A stretch of 64,000 nucleotides of DNA. Source: Mytilus californianus. Taxonomy: Eukaryota. The stretch spans positions 88,722,001 through 88,786,000 of the forward strand of contig NW_026262745.1 in assembly GCF_021869535.1 (NCBI RefSeq). The letters are read 5' to 3'. The translations under genes were made by a program, and so were the position numbers. Under the pieces are notes generated by a model. That model did not search any database. It worked only from the letters and a program-made list of their open reading frames with translations, and had not been told where the DNA came from. Of the stretch, positions 12,103 to 23,948 are shown in pieces. Within the stretch, counting starts at the first letter, position 1, and every line of letters starts with the position of its first letter.

Positions 12103-14045
12103 TCAACCTATTAATGGCAGCATCCGGTACGCACTATTACAATCTACATCTTGGTATATTTCTATAGATTTCATTAATACTTGTCTGGCTGATGCTCTGT
12201 CTCCAACTAAGTGAAAAATTATACCTAAGATGTTATATGAAGAAGCTTTCTCAGAGTCCTCAGCAATGAAATAATCTTCCTCTATAGTTAATTGTAAGTC
12301 TTTAAGAGAATGCTGACATTGACAGATATTATTAAGTTGATAGTGACAAAGAAAACGAAGGGAATGAGCATAAACTACTGGTGGTATTTGAAAGCCTGTC
12401 GTATTTTTTCCAATAAGGAGTTCATTCGGTGTGAACAATGAGTTTTCAATAAACAACACTTCATTTACTAGCAGCAATTTTGTTAATTGAACTATACTCA
12501 TCTGCATAAACAAATTCAAACGGTATATTTCATTATGAATATTTGAAACATCAAAGTCATTGTAAATTTTTTCGGGTGAACATTTTAGTAATGAGTACTG
12601 CAGGATGTCTAGAGCTATTTGAAACTGTTTAGTCTTATAGAAAAATGAAGCTAACATCAGCCATCCAGATACAGCATCTTCACGTGTATTTAGTAATACA
12701 TGACTTATACACATTTTGTACTGTTTATAGAAAGATTTGTTATTGTCCATTACATCAAACGGTAGTACCTGGCATCTATTATGACACATTTTTGACATAT
12801 AGAACGAACAAAGGTATTTTATATTTGAACTCTTAAAAGACTGCATCATGTGAACCTCTTTTTCGAATGAAGAAGGAGTGCTTGGAATGAAACCATCTCT
12901 CAAAAAAGCAGTTGGAGATACTACTATTTTCAGACTATTATAACATGTATAATATAACGTTGGCGTTTCTGATTGAATTTGAAATGATAATTTATTGATT
13001 TGATTTGAAAATAAGATACATTTCCATCCATAACTATTTAGAGACTTCAGCTTTTTCAAAAGTGTTTCTTGTGCGTGTCCTTTCATTTTATTCTCAAATA
13101 AATTATTCTCAGGAATGAAGTAATGTGGACAATCTGAGTTTTCAACACAATATGTAAGTCTCTTCATACACTTTATAAAATTAGATATTAGGTTAGCTGG
13201 GTGCCAGGTTGTGAGTGGTACTTCCTCAGAAATCCAAAACAAAATTGTTTTCATGAAATATGTGCATAGCATGTCCTTACTTTCTAAGTCATTCTCTATT
13301 ACGTCTTTGAGAAGAATTTTCATCAGAGCATAACACAGTAATTGTGTATGTGTAAAGGCATAGATCAGTAGTCTTTCTCCAACGGAAAATGATATTCGCC
13401 ATTCTAGATCTTCTTTTGAAGATCCCTTAACACCTATTGGTACAAATAGAACACCATGTGTTATAATAGACTGTTTAACATCGTATCCCGGCCATGCATT
13501 ATTTGAGCGTTTTATCCACTGATGTGCTTGTCTTATCCATGATTTACAATGTAAGCAGTAGGCAATATCAAAGACACCTTTCTTGTCGGATGTACACGGT
13601 CCATGAATTATTGGAGCAAATTCGTTGATGAATCGTTGCTTTATACGAAAGTTTGAACAGTAGTATTCACCTCCAATCTCTTCACAAATTTCCAAAATGT
13701 TTAACTTTTTATTACAGTGTTTATTTTGCAGATGTAATTGAGTGTATCCCGGTTGTATTTCGTCTGCTTCAATGATAAAATATGCTTTATCAGGGTTTAA
13801 AGGAACATTATTGTCCTCGCAAACTTCAATATATTTCATTGCAAACATAAGATCGAGATCACTTCCTCGCATCTCGAGTCCTTCTCCAAAACTTCCACTT
13901 GTGATTATTGATTGGTTGTCATCGCTTTCTAGATAATCCCTTACAGTGTTCATCATTCTTCTTGCTTTAACATTTTCCTCTGACCCGACAATTTCCTGAC
14001 AGAGGTACTGATATAGAGCTATTGATGCGTCTTGTGTTGCTGGTT
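12103..14045 (-). CDS. cGAS-like receptor (cGLR; Mab-21/CD-NTase family) with TPR-like C-terminal extension, about 647 aa, one long coding exon
   Basis: 617-aa ORF 13956-12103 with SGSFGEGLEMRGSDLDLM (GS motif plus catalytic DxD), third acidic residue in VFDIAYCL, and Mab-21 motifs FVPIG, EWRISFS, TYFMKTILFW, CPHYFIPENNLF. The frame stays open 5' to a splice acceptor (ttttttacag, AG at 14047-14046), adding PATQDASIALYQYLCQEIVGSEENVKARR. The upstream exon was not located. Confidence 0.92.
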
Positions 14046-14594
14046 CTGTAAAAAAAGTTAATTAAAAGACATAGAATACGCTTCTTACACTTTAATGTCT
14101 GTTACCTCAATGCACAACAAATGGTTTATGCGGAAGTTACATTAGTATATACTAAGCTTCTTTAAATTTGATTCTGTTTTTTTTAACACAATCGAAAAAG
14201 GAAAAATAACAACAGGGAAAGATAAATTATCCATTTTGGATGACATTTTTGTGTAGAGTTACCTTTCAAAACGGACATACCTATATGTTAGAAAGGAAAC
14301 TATTGCTGTTTAATTTGATTTATATAAAATAATATAAAAACTAGAAGATATTGTATGATTGCCAATGATACAACTATCCACCATAGTTCAAATGTAGTGA
14401 ATCATGCAATGATAGGCAAATTTATGGTCTTCAACAACTGAGAAAAAAACAATATCGCATCGAATGCTATAAAATGCCCCGACGTAAAGAATATGGATAG
14501 AATTGGATAAATGTTTACGTGGATTTGCCAATTACCTAGTTTGATCTCTTACGCTATGGTTACAAATCAGTTGATATTTGATTGAGACAACAAC

Positions 14595-14850
14595 GTTTAC
14601 CCACTATGACTTTGATTCTTTCCATTTTGAATTGTTTCTATTGTTTCTATTGTATATTTGTTAATTTATTTGTATTTTGGTTGGCCGATTAAGAATGATA
14701 TAAATGACACCTCAATGAAATGATATGTCCTACTGAAATATGACTCCACAGATTATTTACTGTGTTAGTTATATGCGAATATTTTTGGTTTTAAATTTTT
14801 CATTGTTTTTAAATCAAAGATCTAGGTTTCAGCATCACTTGGAGGGAATA
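14595..14850. repeat. Direct repeat, copy A, upstream of cGLR (copy B at about 16460-16710)
   Basis: Diverged ~250-bp copies sharing an identical 47-bp core at 14704-14750 and 16557-16603. Confidence 0.85.
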
Positions 14851-17559
14851 CATGTTTGATAAATGCACACGTGATACGAACATTTAATAATGGGAATGTG
14901 TATAGCTAGTAGTCTTAGTTAATATAATATATCAATTTGATTACGTTTTTTAATTTACATGAAATCAAACAAGAGATTTTGATTTGAACAATCTAGTTGA
15001 TCTGTAACGGGATAATGTATTTATAATTGATCCTTCACATAGAAGTAAAATAACAAACATTTCAAACTTCATTGCGAGTCTCTTATAAATTGAAAAAGCA
15101 AAGCTCAAACACATCAAACGAATGGCCAACAGCTATCATACTCATGACTTGGTACATGCATTTCCTAATTATGTAGAAAATGATGGATAATACATGGTTT
15201 TATAACCATCTAATCATCTCACTTGTATAACAAATTATCTTACCTTGGTCTCAAGTGCGAAACCAAAACGTACAATAGAGGCATCCAAGATAAGTATTTA
15301 CTTGTAAATTTTGTTATTATTACATGCAATATTACCATGATGCTGGTTCATACAAACATTTCTCAGATACTTTTTTTATTTTATTTTCAAGTATCATTTA
15401 AAATATAGGATCCATGGTACAGAAACACATTGCAAGACCAGAAAGAGTGCGAGTTATACATCTGAACGTTGTTGTAGCTAGAATTCAGGTTATCGTTCGT
15501 GTTAAAGTTTGATTCGGAGTTTCACTTCGTGATGAATCTTTAGTAGGAACGAGAATAAGACTTTTAATCTTAATGAACCCTGCGCTCGAGCTACCTAATT
15601 GAATTTTGAATGAAAATAGTTTATCACTATATTATCAAAGGAAAACATCGTGTACATGAAGGTAGAAATGTTTATTTCACATCGTGTCGCTGTATCCAGA
15701 CACACAAATTGTAACTATTAGTAATTCTGATATAACCTGGTAAACAACTTATGTAACATATGATCATTAATTATTTGTTTACAGATTGTGGCCTTTTCAA
15801 GATAGTGATGAAACAAGTTTCAGTCAGTATTCTGAATTATAAGTCAATCATATTGTTAATCAAAAGGACTGAAAAGCAGAAGGACAACATATGTTTTTTC
15901 CTCAGTGCGTTCGTTTATTTGTGTTAATTACTCTGAAATAGTGACATCAGATATGACCGAGCTCATCGACTCTTTTGACCTATAAGGTACAAAACTGAAT
16001 TTTTCGAGTCTGAGACGAAAGTCACAAAAGTGAAACATTGCGACCCTATACTAAATCGTCTTCTCTTTCAATATTTAGCTGCAGTGTTATATCAAAACAA
16101 GCTATTACTATATGAAAACCAGTTGTTGAACGTGTATCAAGATATTGCACGGAAACAACATAAAATGGCAAAATTGTGCAATTAGAAAAAGATCATATGA
16201 TAACAGGAATTGCTTACACAATGCCATAATTTTCGTAACAAAAGTATACTTAACTTATGTCCGTAGTAAAACTCAGAATTCAGTTTTAGATATACATCCC
16301 AGAAAACAAAAAAAGTATAAAATAGTACTAACCTTCCATTTTACTTTTGTGTACACTTTTATGTGCATGGATACGTTTACGTGGAGTTTCTAACAACCTT
16401 GTTGTTTTTTTTACTAAGTTATAGTTAAAATTTGTTGATATTTAATTAAAACAAAACGATTGACCCACTATGACTTGTTTCTTTCAATTTCAAAATAGTT
16501 CCTATTGTATATTTATTAATTTCATTGTATTTTGGTTGACCGATTAAGAATTATAGATGACACCTCAATGAAATGATATGTCCTACTGAAATATGACTCC
16601 ACATATTTCGTTTCGTGTAAGATAGTAGGCAAACAATATTGGTTTTAAGTGTTTTATTGTTTCTAAATCAAATATAAAGGTTTTAAAAGTATCACTTGAC
16701 GGGAAATAAAGTTTTAAACCAGACAAATATCAACCTATCTGCTCTTTGGTTGATGAACAGAATAACGTTTTTGTTCATTTCAACATTTCTTATGAGATAG
16801 CATTACAACTACACTGAGGATACGACAAACTAGACATACGTCAATCAAAGACATTAACTACGGAAATAAATCTACACCGGACGGCAACCAGTTAAAGTGT
16901 CAAAATCAAGCTTGGACTGCCTATCCAGTTCGTTCAATTGATAAAAGAATATCATATAAGAAATATGAAATAATTTAAACACATAATTAAGAGAAAAATA
17001 GTGTTATTCAATATTATTTACCTGCCATTTTGTTGTACACTTACTGTTGACTTGGTTACATACGGGGATTACCCCGGAACATCTACTTTCGTTTTTTTTA
17101 AAGGTATTGTGAAATCGATTTTTAAATCAGATGTATCGTACCATGACTGTGTTTAATTCAAATTTTGTTATTATGTGTATTTATGTCTGTTATACAGAAC
17201 TGATATATTTGAATAAAGTGACCAACTATTATTATTAATATAATCTACCTTCTGATATAGGTTTTTTGTTTGTTTCACGACTTATTGAAGGGATTTTTGG
17301 CTAATGATGTCCTTCAGTGATAAGATTTTCCCATTCACCCTGTGTAACCGAACACTTATTCTTATAAGTGTTATCTCCCTGCGTCCCGTTTTTCTTGTTA
17401 TTTTTATATCTCTTTAAATGGAAAAGATATCAACAAACATTAATTTCAAAATTGTTCGTCTACTCTTAAGAATGTTTTGGTTAAGTTTAACAGATATGAT
17501 CCATTAATACCTTATGTTATTTCCCTTTAAAAAATTATCATAGATGATATTTTGAATTA

Positions 17560-18247
17560 ATTTAAACACTATCAGCCATAGAGGCCTTAAATCTTTCGAT
17601 ACAGTCCCTGGTCAACTTGGAGGAAATTAGGGTCAAGGTAAAAGAGCAAGGTCATGTCCTTAATTTTGAATTTTGTTTGTTATATTTATTCCCAAAAAAA
17701 CAGTGAGAGTTGAAGATGAGATGTGTGTGTCAAAAAACTGTTTCCGACATGAAACAACTTCAACGCATTTCAGTTGAAGTGATTCGGTAATCGCTTGTAT
17801 TAGTTCTCTCCCCTTATATATTTAAAATCAGTATAACTGCTCAACCATACAAGGGAATAACCTTGACTCTTTCGATATGAGATCACTGACCTATTACCTT
17901 AAAATTGAGCACAAGGTCAAAGGTCAATTTGACATTCTAGATTTTGAACTGTGCATGAAGTTCATACTTGTTCATTGAAAACCCATCTGGTTTTTTGCAT
18001 GAGATTGGTAGACGCATGACCTTAAAAATTTCAAAAGGAAGTGACATTATTCTAACCGGAAGTAGTCATTTTCACACTAATTTAATGAAAAAGTACCTTG
18101 AAACCTTAAATTTTTAGAATGAGTTTGAAGTCCTCAATCATATAAACACTAAGTAACGTCTTCCTACGATTTTTAATGTAATCCTCTATTATTGAAAGTT
18201 ACGGTGTAAAGGCCTTCAACTGTTCTCTGAACAATTGGTTTTTAATT
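17560..18247 (-). mobile_element. Older, diverged copy of the HINE-type element; 5' end at 18247
   Basis: 18209-18247 is the reverse complement of the 5' terminus at 4642-4684; internal ggtcaaaggtcaatttgacattctagatttt matches 5065-5100 in reverse. Left boundary approximate. Confidence 0.5.
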
Positions 18248-19449
18248 AGGTCTCTCCACTTTTCTGTGGAAAGACCTAGTGTATTTGTTCTGATTATTAT
18301 TATTATTATTATTATTGTTTTTTTTTTCTTCCGCCAAATTTTGTTGTCGCATAAATTTTTTGTTTCACAATATGTCGCTTAGATATTTCTTATATAGTAT
18401 CATACAATCTATGCTCTTTTTATTTTCACCCATTCTAACCAGTTTCTTTGTAAGAGTTATCTCCCTATTCACTGTTTATCATGTAATGTTATCTTCGTAA
18501 CCAAAAAAGATATCGACAAATTTTTTTTCTTGATTGTTCGTTACATCCTCAGAAATTTTTGGCTCATTTGGATCGAAGCGATTCGATGAAATTTTATAGG
18601 AGTTATCTACCTTTACCAAATAAATTTGTCGGTATGTTTTTTTAACTCATAAACCTTTAACCGTATAACCCAGGAATCTTTTTATTTGAGGCCCCTAGGT
18701 CCTTACTTAGAAAATGAGGTCAAGGTCAAAGGTCAAGGTCAAGTTCTCAATTGTGACTTTTCCTTGTTTTGGCATTTTCTCCAACACTTGTAAAGATATA
18801 TATAAAAGAACGAGCGCAAAATGTTTGCTTTATTGTTATGAAGATTTGTTACATTTGGTCTGATACAATCTTATGGCATCTTATAGGAGTTAGTGCCCCT
18901 GGAATGTCTAATTATAAGGTTAATTGAATATAACTTCAATTTGGTTCATTATAAAGCCATATGACCTTTTATAAAAGGTTAGGTGACATATGACCTTGAA
19001 AATTGACAACCGGAAGTGACCTTGAGAAAACCGGAAAAAGCTATTTTTGCACTTTTTTCATGGAAAAGTACTCAGAATCCGTATTTTTTGTAATAAAGAT
19101 ACACACACTTCTCACTAATGACCACAAGTGACTTTCGATCAACCGGAAGTGGCCAATTATATCCTGTTTAACATGCAAAATTATATAGAAACTATATATT
19201 TTTGGAACCAGTGTGAAAAAAGCTATCTGATGAGATCGGGAGTAACATTTAATTTACCGGAAGTAGCATATTATCTCCCTTAAAACTAAAAAAAAATAGA
19301 AACCACTTATTTATCGCATCAATATGAAGACACTTATGATTAGATGCCAATTTAAACTTTGAGTACACAGGAACTAGCTTCTTTTCAATAACTTTGAAAA
19401 TTGATGTGGAAAGACCTCCAATTGTTCTCTGAACAATTGGTTTTTAATT
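18248..19449 (-). mobile_element. HINE-type element, complete copy in reverse orientation
   Basis: 3' hairpin at 18248-18277 followed by (TTA)n; 5' terminus gtggaaagacctccaattgttctctgaacaattggtttttaatt at 19406-19449. Ends are reverse complements of the 4642-5910 termini. Confidence 0.6.
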
Positions 19450-20216
19450 ATAAACATTTTTCTTTTTCCGACAAACTTTGACGAAGTTAGCAGCCTTAAC
19501 AGTAAGACAAGTAGCTTTCACAACAACCAACCATTTTAGTTGTAAACTTGTGTCTGTCCTGATTTGTCTGCCTTAAAACCAAAACACTTGGTATCTAAGA
19601 TGCTTCTATAAAATGTCAAGGGTAAATACAAATGATTACTGTTAGAGATGTTTATTAAATTTGTGAAAAATCGCAATGTTTTGAGTACCCATAGCTCTAC
19701 TCCAGCCGAACAAATAGTTTCTCTCCTTTCACTTGTCATTGTACTTGTAGGAAAATTGATAAGTTTAAACATACACTTGGAATGCTGCAAACTGTATCAC
19801 AAATTAATGACGCATGTACACATCTCTATGTCCTCTCAAATTTTAATGAATTGACAATATTGTATATATATATATATCAATATAAATTGCAGGATATTTG
19901 AGCTTTCGATTATTCAGTTTTTTCGTGTCAACTGGGACTAAAAGAGAGGAGAAAGATATCAAAGGGACATGTACAATCATAGGTCGAAAATAAACTCACA
20001 AAGACATGATGTAGGAACATTTATTCACCTAGAACTGTTTAAATAAAAAAAAAAAGTGGTGGATAAAAAATAAACAAACTCGTTTAGTGAAAATGATTAC
20101 AATAAAGTTATGATTCAGAGAAAACAAACACAAAGAAGCCGTGTTAGAACTCACGTTTGTGAACGACATCAATATATTTCTGAAAAAAACTGAAAAGAAA
20201 ACGTCATAAATTTTAT

Positions 20217-20425
20217 GCGTCCAAAGCGCTTTTCTGGGTTAATCTTCATCAGTAACCCCAAAAGTCAAATATTTGAACCTAAGTCTATCTAAGGTCAACC
20301 TTTTCTAATGGAGTTGAAACCTTGTTTTCTTGATGATTTCAAAGTTAATAAATGAAAGCAATACGTTTATAACTTTATGTGTCAGATTCGCTTTTCTGGA
20401 CAATCTTTTATCAGGAACGCTCGAC
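20217..20425 (-). ncRNA. Two tandem decayed hammerhead-like motifs (family B), about 163 bp apart
   Basis: Minus strand: CTGATGA-agattaaccca-GAAA-AGCGCTT-t-GGACGC (20217-20257) and gcgttc-CTGATAA-aagattgtcca-GAAA-agcgaatc (20380-20421). Stem mismatches in both. Confidence 0.55.
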
Positions 20426-21601
20426 GTCGAACATTTAAAAGCCAAGAATGAAGCATTTGATTAGCTGTCTGACAAAAATAAAGACATAAACGAAGCTAAA
20501 TTCAAATCGGTTCTAATCTACCTGAGGGAGTAGAACACTAAGTTTCTTTATAATTACAAAATTTACAAACGATCTATAGCTATTTAAGACTACTTCTTAA
20601 GTCATTTGGTTTTCTTTTTGAACATGTATAATGAGAGTGAACTATAAAAAGACATGGAAAATATATAGGAACATGAATATTTTTCATAATTTAAATGATC
20701 CATTTACGTAAAAAATGAGGGCTGGCATCGAAACATGATTGTCATCTTAAATGTGATTAATATCTCGAATGATTACACTCAAATCAAAGTTAGAATTATC
20801 TTAAATATTGGCAGTTGGTTTAATCAGATTATAACTTTCAACCATGGCACAACACAATCAGTTATCAAACAATTGAAATTGTAAAATTTATTTTAACTTA
20901 TGTAAATTCAAATTACGATTAAGTACACTAACTCAACATTCTATACTTTCTCCTGTATATATATCCTATTTCAATATAACGTCTTTAACTTAAAATAGTA
21001 ATTTGAATGAAAAGTATAAATAGGCAATGAGATTAGTTTTCAACTTATAATATAATAAGCTTTTGTTTCAATGAAAATGAAATCTGTCCGCCATAACCGG
21101 ATATCAAAATATGTGTGCCCTATAATTTTGTAACATAGCAGAGAAAGAATCTTTATATAGTTTTCCACTACTCAAAACGATTTAGAAATCATAAAATAAA
21201 ACAGAATAAACAAGAGTGTATGCATTTGTATGGTATGTGATGCACGTGAAACAAAACACTTGCAATACCTCAGATGTTGTTGAAATTGTCAATGAGCGTG
21301 TTATTTAAATTGATAAACGAAGTTTATTCCTGTAGCTGAAATATCAATTTTGCATTTTATAATTATTGACAAGCTATGAATTTCAAATGAGGTGGATGAC
21401 AAATATCCGAATTGAGTGAATAGCAGGGAATATAGACTGAAAGGGAAAATAGAGAGGTTGCTTCTATCGTTACATGACATCAAGCATAATTGTTTAATTG
21501 AAAAGATTAAATTAAATTGGCGTAAATATTTTCAACGTAAGCAACTATTTGCTGAAATTTAACTTTACTTGATTAATTTCACAATGCAAAAAAACATTCG
21601 A

Positions 21602-21817
21602 TAAACAAGTAATTTCTTCCTTGGATAACCAATGAACTTCTTCCTTGAATAAACAATTATCTTCTACTTTGAATAACCAATTAACTTATTCCTTGTATAA
21701 ATAATTTACTTCTTCCTTGGATAAACAATTAATTTCTTCCTTGGATAAACAATTCACTTCTTCTTTGGATAAACAGGTACATTTTTCTTGGATAAACACA
21801 TAACTTCTTCTTTGGAA
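21602..21817. repeat. 24-bp minisatellite, about 9 copies
   Basis: Unit aaacaattaatttcttccttggat with variants; one 23-nt unit. Confidence 0.9.
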
Positions 21818-22070
21818 TCCTGTTTAATTTTGGATGACTTATTTTACAAGAAAACAGTCATGGATATTCATATTTCTCATGCAATCAGTGGCAGAAATTA
21901 CGAATTAATCTCAAGATTTTTGTTTTGTTCGTAATAATATACACGAAAGAATATTTTATGTTAAAATAATATACACGAGTGTCTGAATGGGGTTTACAGA
22001 ATAGAGAATAATGGACAAAATGGGTAGAATAAAGGGCACATAAATTAAGGAATATAGATAGATAAACATT

Positions 22071-22218
22071 TTGGGGCCTTTTATTATAGCTGAATATGCG
22101 GTATAGGCTTTGCTCATTCTTGAAGGCCATACGGTGACCTATAGTTGTTAATGTCAATGTAATTCGGTCTCTGGGGAGAATTGTCTTATTGGTTATCATA
22201 CCACTTCTTCGTTTTTAA
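22071..22218 (+). mobile_element. SINE-like dispersed repeat, 3' part
   Basis: gaaggccatacggtgacctatagttgttaa...gttatcataccacttcttc recurs at about 45700-45825 (+), 14335-14450 (-) and 33645-33770 (-). Family name not assigned. Confidence 0.5.
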
Positions 22219-22498
22219 ACATATAAATTAGAAAAGTTAGACTTGATATAAACAAATTGGAAATATTAAATAATGAATCATTAAAAAAAAAACACACAAG
22301 AAGAATTAAAACCGTGCGTTTTGACAATTAACCGCAAGAAAGGGATAGTATACGAGCAGCATAGTTAGGATAAGTAAGAAAATCAATTTGAAAAACATTG
22401 TCATTTTAAATTGTAAATTGAGATGTCTGCTCATAGAAATCTAAGATAAATGCAGAATTGCTCTGAATCTACTTCCGCCACACAAACCCTATTTTGGA

Positions 22499-22542
22499 GC
22501 GTCACTGATGAGTCTTATGAAGACGAAACGCGTGTCTGGCGT
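22499..22542 (+). ncRNA. Minimal type I hammerhead ribozyme (family A), core intact, solitary
   Basis: GCGTCA-CTGATGA-GTCT(tatga)AGAC-GAAA-C(gcgt)GTC^TGGCGT: stem I 6 bp with G-U pairs, stem II 4 bp, 2-bp stem III, GUC cleavage triplet. Confidence 0.85.
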
Positions 22543-23887
22543 ATTAAATTATAAGCCTGGTACCTTTGATAACTATTTGACTACACATGGATATTATGCA
22601 ACGATTTTAGTTACACAAGTTACATTAAGGTCTCGAAGTGTTTTCTAAAATTAAAAAAGACAGTATAAATGGAAGTAACAATGGAGCGGAATAGATTTTC
22701 ATAAAAAAAAACTCCAAGTATGTATTGTTCGTTGTAAATCAATTCAACCAATATTTAAAGAACCAAAACATATATTGTGAGTTATTCAAAACAAATGACA
22801 CAACTAAATGCATTATTTCAAAGTTTTAGAAATAGTAGTTGTAGGTATTTTTTTCTGCTTAAGTATATGGTAAAAAGATTTTTACATACATATACTTTTA
22901 TTTCGTATTTCTTTATATAATTTCGTTTTAATGAAAATGGTTGCAATACTAGGACGATCGTTCAACAGCTTAAGTAACCAACAGTTTTAAATAAAATCAC
23001 ATACAAAGAATACAAACCATCGAGTAATTGTATTTGTTTTTGATCGTTCATTTCAGGGACTAAACGTGTCTTAACTAAATGTTTGCCAGATATTGGGAAT
23101 CCTCTAACTTTATCCATGTAGTGTCATTAAAATGGTTTTAAATTAAACCACATAGAAAAGAAAACAAACCGTCCAGTAATTTTATTTGTGTTTGATCGTT
23201 CATTTCAAGGACTAAACGTGTCTTACGGATGTTCGCTCCTCTTAGTTCGAATTTTTGCCAGATATTGGGAATCCTCGGGTTTTATCCATATAGTGCCACT
23301 AAAACTTTTTGCCCACAAATCCCTACTTTTCTATGCATAACTTGATTACATATAGTTTAAAATACCATCTTTGAAAATCTTATCAAATCCTTGTTGATTT
23401 TTCGTACTTTTTGACAGAAAAAAGGTACCAATATTAGATGTATGTGAATCTAGAGAGAATCATTCCCCGTCAAATTTTCAATGGCTTATATCTCAAAAAC
23501 AAGCTCACGCACCATTCATTTTTTTTGTTTTTTTTTATAGTTCCTTTATTTATATACTATCAATTTATAATAGTCTTTTTAAACGCTTGTCATTTTGATT
23601 CAGAGGAGCAAACATCCTTAAGGACGAAACCAGTAAATTGAAAAATTCACTTTCGAAATACATCGATGATTTTGTTCATCCTTTTTAATAATTCAGATCC
23701 GTAATAGTCATTTTTTTAAACGTTATATATTTGATGATTTACATAGACACATTCTGCTAAAAATCATTATTTGAAATTGTACAGTTACTTCAAACCACAA
23801 TGATTTTAACATCATGCTGAGTACGAGATTTAAATAACAGTTTGTGGAAGACGTTAAATTCAGCTGTCATGCTAATCACCAAGTTAT

Positions 23888-23948
23888 ATGGATATATATT
23901 TCAAAACCCGTTTCCTGTATATGATTTCTTTCTTGAAAACATATTCTG
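23888..23948 (+). pseudogene. FAMeT-PAN paralog 1, first coding exon (signal-peptide-like MDIYFKTRFLYMISFLKTYSG)
   Basis: 61 nt from ATG to g|gtaagt donor; acceptor at 23784; homologous in sequence, length and phase to 37579-37639. Confidence 0.7.

Noticed and set aside
14825-14880. agcatcacttggagggaatacatgtttgataaatgcacacgtg as a decayed family C-like hammerhead
   Set aside because: Both core segments are absent; similarity is too weak to support.
14084-15244. Candidate upstream splice donors for the cGLR exon (14088 and 15243 on the minus strand)
   Set aside because: The first gives a 43-nt intron; the second gives phase 2 from the nearest ATG whereas phase 1 is needed. A non-coding role is not excluded.
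15518-16036. IRF/ISRE-like sites upstream of cGLR (AGTTTCACTTC at 15518, AAAAGTGAAAC at 16026)
   Set aside because: Similar strings occur elsewhere (about 26270 and 54370) in this AT-rich sequence and the transcription start is unknown.
19225-19250. CTGATGAG string
   Set aside because: No stem II or GAAA follows; lies inside the HINE-type element.
21602-21817. Short direct repeats (here and at 46698-46955) considered as CRISPR arrays
   Set aside because: Contiguous units without unique spacers, no cas genes, eukaryotic context.
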